Shown here one piece after another: positions 19,237-27,779 of a stretch of DNA of 64,000 nucleotides (position 1 is the stretch's first letter; each line of letters opens with the position of its first letter). This stretch comes from an uncultured Chloroflexia bacterium (GTDB lineage Bacteria > Chloroflexota > Limnocylindria > Limnocylindrales > CSP1-4): assembly GCA_963781845.1 (NCBI GenBank), contig CAWAHN010000009.1, positions 140,741-204,740 of the forward strand. Direction: 5' to 3'. The position numbers and the translations under genes were made by a program. Under the pieces are notes generated by a model, which was given only the letters and a program-made list of their open reading frames with translations, was not told the DNA's origin and searched no databases.

Positions 19237-20589
19237 ATGCGAATCCGGTCCCTCGGAACGCTGCTCGCGGGCATCGCGCTCGCGGTCGCAGCATGCGGCG
19301 GCTCCACGGCGACATCGGCACCGCCGGCACCATCGACCCCGGCGGCCGCCCCGTCGGTCGCCCCGAGCACAGCGGCCGCGCCGGTCGACCTCGTCCTGCG
19401 CTACTGCTGGTCGGGCGAGGGCGAGGTCAAGGCGATGGAGCAGATCATCCAGGCCTGGAACGCCAGTCATCCGGAGATCCAGGTCCGAGGCATCAGCGGC
19501 TCGATCAAGATCGAGGAGATCGCCGCATCGGTGGCCGGCGGGGCGCCGCCCGACATGGTCATCACCTGTAACAACGAGGCGATCCCGGGGTTCGCCCACG
19601 ATCAGGTCATCATGCCGATGGACGACCTCCTGACGAAGATCGGCGCCGACACGAGCGACATCATCCCGGCCTCGCTCGAGTGGGTGAAGTACCAGGGGAA
19701 GCTTTACGGTCTGCCGTTCCTCCAGGACGACTGGGGCTTCTACTGGAACACGGATGCGTTCAAGGAGGTCGGACTCGATCCCACCAAGCCACCGACCACG
19801 CCGGACGAGCTGTGGACGATGGCCGAGAAGCTGACCAAGTACAACGCTGACGGCTCGCTCGCCCGAGCCGGCTTCATCCCCGACTATCCCGGCAAGAACC
19901 TGACCGAGCTGAGCCAGCTGTTCGGGTGCAAGTACTACGACGACGCCACGAAGAAGGTGACCGTCAACAGCCCCGAGTGCGTGGCCTGGTTCGACTGGTA
20001 CAAGAAGTACTACGACAAGTACAACAAGAACGACGAGCTGACCAAGCTCGTCGCCAGCAAGGGCTCGGAGGACGAGGACCTGTTCTACACCGGCAAGGTC
20101 GCGATGGGCCTCTTCGGCGAGTGGGTCCCGGGCGCCGCCTACGCTCCGAACTTCGCACCGAACCTCAACTACGAGACGGCACCGTTCCCGGCCATCAGCC
20201 CGGACGAGTACGGCGCCGGGTTCGTCAACGGCAACGCGTTCTTCATCCCGACCGGCGTCAAGGACCCGGAGGCCGCCGCCAAGTTCGGGATGTACCTGAT
20301 GACCGCCGATCCGTCACGAGCGATGGCCGTCCAGAACGCCAGCGTCCCCCAGCTCAAGTCGCTGGTCACCGACCCGACCCTGACCGGGGTCAAGCACTTC
20401 GGGACGTTCCTCGATATCGCCAACCATCCGAAGACCTGGACCAACCCGATGATCTCCCAGTGGTCGGCGCTCCATGACGGGATGGACACCGCGCTCGACA
20501 GCGTACTGACCGGCGGAGTGGCGTCGAAGAAGGCCCTCGACGACCTCGCGGCGACGATCCAGGCGGACATCGACGCCAACGGCCCGTAG
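19237..20589 (+). CDS. ABC transporter solute-binding lipoprotein (family 1)
   Basis: GGAGGAGG lies 8 nt upstream of the ATG. The signal peptide ends in the lipobox LAVAAC and is followed by a Pro/Ala-rich tether. 450 aa. Confidence 0.9.
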   Translation: MRIRSLGTLLAGIALAVAACGGSTATSAPPAPSTPAAAPSVAPSTAAAPVDLVLRYCWSGEGEVKAMEQIIQAWNASHPEIQVRGISGSIKIEEIAASVAGGAPPDMVITCNNEAIPGFAHDQVIMPMDDLLTKIGADTSDIIPASLEWVKYQGKLYGLPFLQDDWGFYWNTDAFKEVGLDPTKPPTTPDELWTMAEKLTKYNADGSLARAGFIPDYPGKNLTELSQLFGCKYYDDATKKVTVNSPECVAWFDWYKKYYDKYNKNDELTKLVASKGSEDEDLFYTGKVAMGLFGEWVPGAAYAPNFAPNLNYETAPFPAISPDEYGAGFVNGNAFFIPTGVKDPEAAAKFGMYLMTADPSRAMAVQNASVPQLKSLVTDPTLTGVKHFGTFLDIANHPKTWTNPMISQWSALHDGMDTALDSVLTGGVASKKALDDLAATIQADIDANGP

Positions 20590-20611
20590 CCGTCACTCAT
20601 CCGGCAGCCAC

Positions 20612-20643
20612 CGACAGGCCCGGCCTCGACGCCGGGCCTGTCG
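20612..20643. terminator. bidirectional stem-loop between convergent SBP and GDPD genes
   Basis: CGACAGGCCCGGC-ctcgac-GCCGGGCCTGTCG forms a 13-bp perfect stem that sits within the 54-nt convergent gap, ending one nt before the GDPD stop codon. Confidence 0.55.
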
Positions 20644-21408
20644 TCATGTCCGACCTGGCCCGCCACCCGCGGCAGCCGTGCGTGCCTCGACCGCGGCGAC
20701 CAGAAGGTCGGGGTGGTCGGAATAGATCGCGTCGACCTCCAGGTCGATCGCCCGCTCGATCCCGGCCGCGGTATGGGCATCCCAGGCGAACGGTCGGAGG
20801 CCGGCGTCGCGCGTCCGTGCCACCCGCTCGGCCGTCCAGTCGCGCCAGGTCATGTTCAGGACCTCGATCCCGCGCTCGGCCAGCAGCCCGATCCGCGCAG
20901 GCAGCCCCTCCGGTACGCGTCGGGGTCGGGTCGAATGGACGAGGTGGACGGTGCCGTCGAGCCGGCGGACGGCGGCGAGGAGGGCGAGATCGACGGTGCA
21001 GACATACAGTCGATCGAGCGACCCGACCTCGGCCGCGGTCGCGATCACGGCCCGCGCCACCTCGGGGTGCTGGAGGTCGATGGAGATGGGTCGATCGGTG
21101 CCGACGGCGGCATACAGATCGGCCAGGGTCGGGATCCTATCGGCACGCATCGCCGCGGCGGCGGTCCGGGTGACCTCCACACGTCGGCCCGCTCGCCGGT
21201 AGGTCCGATCGTGGACGAGCATCGCGATCCCGTCGGCGGACAGCCAGGTGTCCGTCTCGAGGCCGGTCGCACCGAGCTCGACGGCCAGCCGGAACGCCTC
21301 GACGGTGTTCTCGGGAGCCCGACCCGAGGCGCCCCGATGCGCGAACAGGATCGGCCGTCCTGCACCGGGTCGGACCTCGCTCTCGACCGTCGCTGGCTTC
21401 CGGTCCAC
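20644..21408 (-). CDS. glycerophosphodiester phosphodiesterase (second copy)
   Basis: The GTG at 21408 is the only canonical start before the catalytic motif. Motifs: FAHRGASGRAPENT, LETDTW, MLVHDRT. Confidence 0.8.
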   Translation of the reverse strand: MDRKPATVESEVRPGAGRPILFAHRGASGRAPENTVEAFRLAVELGATGLETDTWLSADGIAMLVHDRTYRRAGRRVEVTRTAAAAMRADRIPTLADLYAAVGTDRPISIDLQHPEVARAVIATAAEVGSLDRLYVCTVDLALLAAVRRLDGTVHLVHSTRPRRVPEGLPARIGLLAERGIEVLNMTWRDWTAERVARTRDAGLRPFAWDAHTAAGIERAIDLEVDAIYSDHPDLLVAAVEARTAAAGGGPGRT

Positions 21409-21447
21409 GGTTGACAGTCTACCGGGCGACCGACCAGATTCCGCTCG
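21409..21447. promoter_or_regulatory. 39-bp divergent region with face-to-face promoter-like hexamers (both genes apparently leaderless)
   Basis: Plus strand: TTGACA (21411-16), an 18-nt spacer, CAGATT (21435-40), then 7 nt to the ATG at 21448. Minus strand: TAGACT (complement of 21416-21), then 7 nt to the GTG at 21408. Neither gene has an SD. Confidence 0.3.
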
Positions 21448-22191
21448 ATGCGCCTGACCGAACGGATCCATCTCGTCGGCAGCGGCGAGGCGGCCTGGGC
21501 GCTGACCGACCCGCTCGACTCGCAGGTCTACCTGGTGACCACCCCGGACGGCCATGTCGTCGTCGACAGCGGGACCGGGCGAAGCATCGAGGCGATCCTG
21601 GCCGAAGTCCGTCGGGACGGGCTCGACCCCGCGGAGATCGGCTGGATCCTGCTCACCCACGCCCACGCCGACCATGCCGGAGGCGGTGCCGCCTGGCGTC
21701 GGCGACTCCCGTCCATCCGGATCGCCACTTCGCTCGAGACGGCGCCGTGGCTGGCGACCGCCGACGAGGAGGCGACCAGCGTCGATCGGGCCCGCGCCGC
21801 GGGACTCTACCCGGCCGACTACCGGCTCGAGGCATTCGACGTCGACCGGACCCTGGCGTCGGGCGACGCCCTTCGGATCGCGGACCTCGACTTCCGGGCG
21901 ATCCCGTCGCCCGGCCATGCCGCCGGCCACCTGGCCTACCTGGTCGACGTCGACGGCGCCGCCACCCTGTTCTCCGGCGACGCGCTGTTCCCGGCCGGCC
22001 GGATCCTTCTCCAGGACACCTGGGATTGCGACCTGCAGGCGGCCCTTCGGTCCGTCGAACGGCTGGCCGGCCTCGGGGCCGAGCGACTACTGGCAGGCCA
22101 CCTCGAACCGATCGTCGGCGCCGCGGGACCGCACTTCGCCGCAGCCCTCGAACGGATCGCCCGGCTGTCCGTGCCGGACTCGATCGGGTGA
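21448..22191 (+). CDS. MBL-fold metallo-hydrolase
   Basis: Motifs: LLTHAHADHAGG (HxHxDH), SPGHAAGHL, LAGH. Confidence 0.85.
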   Translation: MRLTERIHLVGSGEAAWALTDPLDSQVYLVTTPDGHVVVDSGTGRSIEAILAEVRRDGLDPAEIGWILLTHAHADHAGGGAAWRRRLPSIRIATSLETAPWLATADEEATSVDRARAAGLYPADYRLEAFDVDRTLASGDALRIADLDFRAIPSPGHAAGHLAYLVDVDGAATLFSGDALFPAGRILLQDTWDCDLQAALRSVERLAGLGAERLLAGHLEPIVGAAGPHFAAALERIARLSVPDSIG

Positions 22192-22676
22192 CCGCTGGAG
22201 GCCTCGGCCCGGACGCCCTGGCCGCGCTGTTCGCCCGACCCATCGTCGGCCGACTGGCGACGATCGACCCCGATGGATACCCGGCGATCGTGCCCATCTG
22301 GTTCGAATGGCGCGATGCCGCGGCCTGGATCGTCGCTCGCGCGCGGTCTCGCTATGTCGACGACATCCGGCGCGACGCGCGGGTGGCGTTGTCGGTCGTG
22401 GATCCGGACGATCCGGACGTCCGCGTGCACATCCGCGGCCGGGCCGAGCTCGTCGGCGGACCGGGACCCCTCGAAGGTGAGACACTCGCCCTCGCTCGTC
22501 GGCTGGCCGAACGGTACGAGGGTGCCGCGGGACTCGACTACATCGAGGCGTCGCGGGCAGCGCCGCGCTACCTCGTCCGGATCGTCCCGGACAGACAGAT
22601 CAGCTGGGGCTCCCCGGATTGGCACCCACGCTACCTCGACCCCGGATCCGATCCCGACCCAGGAGGCACCCGATGA
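22188..22676 (+). CDS. pyridoxamine-5'-phosphate-oxidase-fold (PPOX class, possibly F420/FMN-binding) protein
   Basis: GTGA overlap with the upstream stop. IVGRLATIDPDGYPAIVPIWFEW is the typical split-barrel N-terminus. Confidence 0.72.
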   Translation: MTAGGLGPDALAALFARPIVGRLATIDPDGYPAIVPIWFEWRDAAAWIVARARSRYVDDIRRDARVALSVVDPDDPDVRVHIRGRAELVGGPGPLEGETLALARRLAERYEGAAGLDYIEASRAAPRYLVRIVPDRQISWGSPDWHPRYLDPGSDPDPGGTR

Positions 22677-23947
22677 GCCGCTTCGACCCGCTGGCGCTGC
22701 GCCCCGAGTTCCCCGCCCTGGCTCGCATGCAGGACGGTCGCCCGGTCGTCTTCCTCGACGGGCCGGGCGGGACCCAGGTGCCGCAACGGGTCATCGACGC
22801 GATCGTCCGCTACTACCGTGAGTCGAACGCCAACGACGGCGGCGCATTCGCCACGAGTCGGACGAGCGATGCGATCGTCCACGAGGCCCACGCGGCGGTC
22901 GCCGATCTGCTCGGGGCGGCGTCCGCCGAGGAGATCAAGTTCGGCTACAACATGACCACCCTGACCTTCCACGTCAGCCGATCGATCGCCGCGACGTTCC
23001 AGCCGGGCGACGAGATCCTGGTCACCACCCTCGACCACGAGGCGAACGTGTCGCCGTGGCGGGCCATCGCGGCGGACCGCGGGCTCGTCGTCAGGACGGT
23101 CGACATCGACGCCGACGACTGCACCCTGGACCTGGCCGATCTCGAGGCGAAGCTGTCGCCGCGGACGCGGCTGGTCGCGGTCGGCTACGCCTCGAACGCC
23201 GTCGGCACGATCAACCCCGTCAAGCGGATCGTCGAGCTGGCCCACGAAGCCGGCGCGCTGACCTACATCGACGCCGTCCACTACGCGCCGCACGGCCCGA
23301 TCGACGTTCGGGATCTGGGCACGGACTTCCTGGTCACGTCGGTCTACAAGTGGTTCGGGCCGCACCTCGGGGCGCTCTACGGTCGCGCCGAGCTGCTCGA
23401 TCGCCTGCCCGCCTACAAGGTCCGGCCGGCACACGATCGGTTCGAGACCGGGACCCAGGATTTCGAGGCGATCGCCGGGGCGTCGGCGGCCGTGGACTAC
23501 CTGCGCACGGTCGGCGTGACGTCGGGGTCCGTCAGCGCGGACGAGGTCGCCGGCGGCTCCCGTCGGGCACAGCTGGTCGGGTCGATGACCGCGATCGCCG
23601 CGTACGAGCAGGAGCTGAGCCGCAGGTTCCTGTCCGAGATCTCCGGCATCCCGGGGCTTCACGTCTGGGGCATCGCCGATCCGGCCCGCGTCGGGGAACG
23701 GACCCCGACCTTCGCCCTGACCTTCGACGCCATCTCGTCGCGCGCCGCCGCAGAGGAGCTCGGTCGGCAAGGCATCTACGCCTGGGACGGGGACTTCTAC
23801 GCGCAGGCCCTGATCGAGCGACTCGGCCTGTTCGAGGGCGGCGGCGTCCTCAGGCTCGGCCTGGTCCACTACTCGACGACCGACGAGGTCGACCGGACGA
23901 TCGAGGCGGTCAGCCGGTTGGCCGCGGGGGCGGGCATCTCGGCGTGA
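22673..23947 (+). CDS. class-V aminotransferase, cysteine-desulfurase-like protein
   Basis: ATGA overlap with AGGAGG 6 nt upstream. Motifs: VFLDGPGGTQ, GYASNAVGT, IDAVHYAPH, and SVYKWFGPH (the PLP lysine). Confidence 0.85.
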   Translation: MSRFDPLALRPEFPALARMQDGRPVVFLDGPGGTQVPQRVIDAIVRYYRESNANDGGAFATSRTSDAIVHEAHAAVADLLGAASAEEIKFGYNMTTLTFHVSRSIAATFQPGDEILVTTLDHEANVSPWRAIAADRGLVVRTVDIDADDCTLDLADLEAKLSPRTRLVAVGYASNAVGTINPVKRIVELAHEAGALTYIDAVHYAPHGPIDVRDLGTDFLVTSVYKWFGPHLGALYGRAELLDRLPAYKVRPAHDRFETGTQDFEAIAGASAAVDYLRTVGVTSGSVSADEVAGGSRRAQLVGSMTAIAAYEQELSRRFLSEISGIPGLHVWGIADPARVGERTPTFALTFDAISSRAAAEELGRQGIYAWDGDFYAQALIERLGLFEGGGVLRLGLVHYSTTDEVDRTIEAVSRLAAGAGISA

Positions 23948-24993
23948 CCCCGGCTCGCCAGCCGCTCCGCGCGGCGGTCATCGGGGCGGGGTTCATCGGG
24001 CTCGACCATGCGGCCGCCTACGCCGCGGACCCCGGCGCCGAGCTCGTCGCGCTGGTCGACCCTGCGGTCGAGCGCGTCGCCGCTGCCGCGGAGACGCTCG
24101 GCGCACGCTCCTACGCGTCCGTCTCGACGATGGTCGAGGGATCGCAGCCGGATGTCGTCAGCGTGTGCGTCCCGACCGCGCTCCACCTGCAGGTCGTCAT
24201 CGAGTGCGTCGCGGCTGGTCTGCACGTCCTGCTCGAGAAGCCGATGGCCGCATCGGTCGCCGAGTGCGACGCGATCGAGGCCGCCTGTCGGTCGGCCGGG
24301 CTCACCCTGATGGTCGGCCTCACCCACCGGTTCCACCGCGAGCTGATCGAGGCCCGCGGGCTGATCGCGGCCGGTGCGATCGGGCGGCCGACGATCGTCC
24401 AGGACGTCTTCGCCTTCGGCGAGCACGGACCGTGGCCGGACTGGTACTACGACCGCCGGATGTCCGGCGGCGGCGAGCTGATGCACGATGCGGTCCACCT
24501 GGTCGACCGGCTGGCCTGGCTCATCGACAGCCCGATCGTCGAGGTCTACGGGCGGACGACCACGGGCGTGCGCGGTGTCGCGGGGGTCGAGGACGGCGGA
24601 GTGGCCGTGCTGACCTTCGCCGACGGGGCGATCGGTTCCCTGTTCGTGTTCGAGGCGACCCACCCGCTGCGGAGCGATGCGGCCTCGGTCCCGATGCCCG
24701 GCCGTCTCGAGCTCGAGATCCACGGCGAGCGTGGATCGATCCGGTACCGGACCTGGCACGAGCTCATCATCGACCTCGCCGGCGCCCCGAGCCGGACGGT
24801 CGTCGGCGTCGAACGCGACGAGCTGCCCCGCGAGATCGCCGAGTTCCTGGCCGCCGTCCGCGAGGGGCGTCCGCCGTCCGTGGGCGCGGCCGAGGGTCGC
24901 CGAGGGATCGCGGTCGTCCAGTCGATCTACGAGTCGGAACGCATCGGCCGACCGGTCAGGGTCGACGAGCTGTTCCCGGCGGCCACGGGCTAG
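23944..24993 (+). CDS. Gfo/Idh/MocA-family NAD(P) oxidoreductase
   Basis: GTGA overlap with the upstream stop. AAVIGAGFIGLDHA is the Rossmann motif and LLEKPMA is the family signature. Confidence 0.85.
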   Translation: MTPARQPLRAAVIGAGFIGLDHAAAYAADPGAELVALVDPAVERVAAAAETLGARSYASVSTMVEGSQPDVVSVCVPTALHLQVVIECVAAGLHVLLEKPMAASVAECDAIEAACRSAGLTLMVGLTHRFHRELIEARGLIAAGAIGRPTIVQDVFAFGEHGPWPDWYYDRRMSGGGELMHDAVHLVDRLAWLIDSPIVEVYGRTTTGVRGVAGVEDGGVAVLTFADGAIGSLFVFEATHPLRSDAASVPMPGRLELEIHGERGSIRYRTWHELIIDLAGAPSRTVVGVERDELPREIAEFLAAVREGRPPSVGAAEGRRGIAVVQSIYESERIGRPVRVDELFPAATG

Positions 24994-25009
24994 CTCGCGT
25001 CCGGCCGAC

Positions 25010-25753
25010 TCAGCGACCCTCGTGGTCGGGCGCGGGCTCCCAGCCCCGGCGGGTGGTCTCATAGCGGGCCATCCGCTCGTGGAAGAGCGCCTCGGCACCG
25101 GGGATCTGGACGCTGCGATAGACGATCGGGATCATCCCACGGTCCACGAGGCGATCGGCCGCCCCCACGAGGATCGCCCAGGCCGCGGCGCACAGGACCA
25201 CCCCCGAGGTCGGCCCGACCGGCGTGTCGACCCCGGGCAGGTCGACGATGCCGTCGCCGATCGACCCGCCGATGTCGATGACGATGTCCGCCAGGTCGAC
25301 CAGCTTGGCCCCGCTCGGATGCTCGACGACGACGTCGGCCCAGCGTTCATAGGCGACGCAGGTGAGACCGATCACCGCGCACCCGACGGCCCGGGCCGCC
25401 ATGGCGACCTGGACGGTGCCCGCGTCCGTTCCCGCGTTCGTGCCCACGATCGCGACGTCGCCCGCGACGGGACGGAACGAGCCGTCCCCGCGAAGGTCAT
25501 CGTCCGACAGCTTGAGCATCGGCGTCGCGAGGTCGGGCGTCTCGCCGAGCGGGTGGACCGCAGCGAGCCCGCCGGCGCGCAGGTACAGCTCGGTGTGGAG
25601 GACGTGGCTCGTGGCGGCGACCCACACCCGGCCGCCGGCGGCGATCGCCGCCGCGACCCGCTCGGCGGCGGCCTCGATCGCGGTCTCCTGGCTCGTCGCC
25701 ATCGCCTCGAGGATCTCGACGGTGCCACGAAGGTAGCGCTGGGCAGCGGTCAT
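25010..25753 (-). CDS. SIS (sugar-isomerase/phosphosugar-binding) domain protein, UPF0309-like
   Basis: ATG at 25753 with GGAGG upstream, and an ATGA overlap with the GNAT stop. Supporting segments: GGRVWVAATSH, DVAIVGTNAGT. 247 aa. Confidence 0.72.
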   Translation of the reverse strand: MTAAQRYLRGTVEILEAMATSQETAIEAAAERVAAAIAAGGRVWVAATSHVLHTELYLRAGGLAAVHPLGETPDLATPMLKLSDDDLRGDGSFRPVAGDVAIVGTNAGTDAGTVQVAMAARAVGCAVIGLTCVAYERWADVVVEHPSGAKLVDLADIVIDIGGSIGDGIVDLPGVDTPVGPTSGVVLCAAAWAILVGAADRLVDRGMIPIVYRSVQIPGAEALFHERMARYETTRRGWEPAPDHEGR

Positions 25754-26796
25754 CCGTCCTCCCGGTTCGACGATCCGGGGCCGACGATCGACCCGATCGG
25801 GGCCACGGCGTGTCGATAGGTCATCCATGGGCTGAAGCCGTGCGGGCCGTAGTAACCCAGCAGGGTCGTGTCGTCGATGACGACATCGCTGGCGCCGAGC
25901 GTCCGGAGACGGTCCAGCGCCGAGACGAGCAACGCCCGACCGAGGCCCCGACCCCGGAGCGACTCGGCGACGCCGATGGGCCCGAGCCCGCCCGCCGATG
26001 GGGCCGCACCGCGCCAGAACATCGGCCAGCCGGGCGGACGCGATCCGGGCAGGTGGATCCGGGCGAATCCCCGGATGGTGCGATCGGCATCGACCAGCAG
26101 GAGCTCATCGGCCGGACTCCCGCCGGCGTCCAGGAAGTACCTCGTGTCGTGCCACCATTCCGGACCGAACTCGGCCAGGATGAAGGCCAGGAGCGGCTCC
26201 CGATCGGCCGGCCCCGCCGGGACGACCGTCGAACCCGCGGCGGCGAGGACCCGGACGGTGGTCGGATCGACCCGGACGCCCGAGACGTCGCCTCGAAGGT
26301 CGTAGGACACGTGCGGGTCGAAGGCGAACCCGAGGGCTTCGAGGAACGGCCCGGCGTCCGCCAGATCGTCCGGGACGCCGGGCCACAGGTAGTGCAGTCC
26401 GCCGCCGGTCTGGACCTCGTTCGCGCCCAGGTCCCGCCCCATCCCGGCGACCGTACGGACCAACGCTCGGCCGAGCCCCCGCCGTCGCTGGTCGGGCGAA
26501 ACGATCACGGTTTGGAGCCAGACCCGATCGCCCAGACGCTCGAGCTCGGGCTCTCCGTCCAGGCACGCTCCGGCGAAGGCGAACCCGGCGATGCGGTCAC
26601 CGACCTCGGCCACCGCGGCGCGGACGGTCGCGGTCGGATCGGCAGCCAGCGACAGCTCGAGGACGTCCGCCCTGAGCGGGTAACGGGCCCCGATCGCGGC
26701 CTCCCACAGCCGGAGCACGGCATCGGCGTCGGCGGGCGCGTACGCCCGGATCCGTGCGCCGACCTCGTGCTCGTCGATCGCGGTCGCGTCCGTCAT
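25750..26796 (-). CDS. tandem-GNAT N-acetyltransferase
   Basis: Two acetyl-CoA motif-A segments: VSPDQRRRGLGRALV and VAESLRGRGLGRALL. There are ATGA overlaps at both ends of the gene. Confidence 0.8.
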   Translation of the reverse strand: MTDATAIDEHEVGARIRAYAPADADAVLRLWEAAIGARYPLRADVLELSLAADPTATVRAAVAEVGDRIAGFAFAGACLDGEPELERLGDRVWLQTVIVSPDQRRRGLGRALVRTVAGMGRDLGANEVQTGGGLHYLWPGVPDDLADAGPFLEALGFAFDPHVSYDLRGDVSGVRVDPTTVRVLAAAGSTVVPAGPADREPLLAFILAEFGPEWWHDTRYFLDAGGSPADELLLVDADRTIRGFARIHLPGSRPPGWPMFWRGAAPSAGGLGPIGVAESLRGRGLGRALLVSALDRLRTLGASDVVIDDTTLLGYYGPHGFSPWMTYRHAVAPIGSIVGPGSSNREDG

Positions 26797-27779
26797 CCTC
26801 GCGACCGGACCCGGCGGAAGCCGTCCGCGACGGCCTTCCAGGCCTGCTCCGGCCGGCTGCACTCGCAGGTCGACATGGCCGAGCAGCCGTCGAACGACCA
26901 GGCTGCGATGTTCGTGGCGCCGGCATCCGCCGCGGCGTCGATCGCGATCCCGATCTCGGCCTCCCGACCGGCAGGCACCTCGAAGGCCTGGACCCAGATG
27001 TGGTGGTCGAGGCCGTGGCGGGCCGCCACCTCGATCGTCGCCCGGGTATGCCGGCCGACGTATCCGGCGGGATCTCCGCCGAACGAGAACCAGTACGGGT
27101 CGGTCCCGAAGTTGTCGAGGCCCGCGATCGACGCCGCCCGGTCCCAGTCCGTGAAGCCCGGGTTGGTCGCCTCCGGCGGCATGATGCACAGCGCGTTGTC
27201 GAGGCCTTTCGCCCGGGCGTAGGTGCAGGCGTCGGACAGCAGGTCGGCCATCGAGACCTCGAGGAAGAGCTTGACCTCGGGCACGAACTCGACGGGCATC
27301 GCCGTCCCCGTCCGCTCGCGGAAGAGCGCCTGACAGCGTTCGCACCGGCACGACCACACGCCGCCGCGGATCTCCCAGGTCGGCTCGTCCCAGAAGATCG
27401 TCTCCGCGCCCGCCACGGCCGCCGCGTCGACCCAGTCGTGGACCCACGTGCGGAAGGCCGGTTGGTTGAGGCAGGCGTGGGTGTTCGCCTGACCGTTCGA
27501 GCCGACCTGGCGCGCCTCGGGGTGGACCGCCCCGAACCGCGAGAACGGCTCGCCGCCGAAGACCTCGCCGACACCCCAGGGATCGAGCCAGACACCGAGG
27601 CCACGGGCCTTCGTGTCCGCGACCAGCCGGCGCATCGAGTCGGGTGCGTAGCGGACGTCGAACTCCGAGTAACAATGGATGACGTACGAACACCCGCTCT
27701 CGACCATGTCGTCGAGGTCGCGTGACGTGTGGCGAGGCGCCCTGCCCTCGAAGTAGGCGACGCCGGTCTGGATGGTCAT
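26793..27779 (-). CDS. stand-alone TIM-barrel, GH42-like (clan GH-A-like) protein of unknown function
   Basis: THACLNQP...IFWDEPTWEIRGGVWSCRCERCQALF reproduces the C...CxCxxC cluster next to an acid/base-strand-like WDEP, as in the GH42 catalytic domain. Only 328 aa, with no trimerisation or C-terminal domains. Confidence 0.55.
   Translation of the reverse strand: MTIQTGVAYFEGRAPRHTSRDLDDMVESGCSYVIHCYSEFDVRYAPDSMRRLVADTKARGLGVWLDPWGVGEVFGGEPFSRFGAVHPEARQVGSNGQANTHACLNQPAFRTWVHDWVDAAAVAGAETIFWDEPTWEIRGGVWSCRCERCQALFRERTGTAMPVEFVPEVKLFLEVSMADLLSDACTYARAKGLDNALCIMPPEATNPGFTDWDRAASIAGLDNFGTDPYWFSFGGDPAGYVGRHTRATIEVAARHGLDHHIWVQAFEVPAGREAEIGIAIDAAADAGATNIAAWSFDGCSAMSTCECSRPEQAWKAVADGFRRVRSRG

Noticed and set aside
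19237-20589. Lower GC of the solute-binding protein gene as evidence of horizontal transfer
   Set aside because: The drop tracks Lys/Tyr/Asn/Asp-rich protein segments typical of SBPs. The gene is embedded in a coupled operon with normal-GC permeases.
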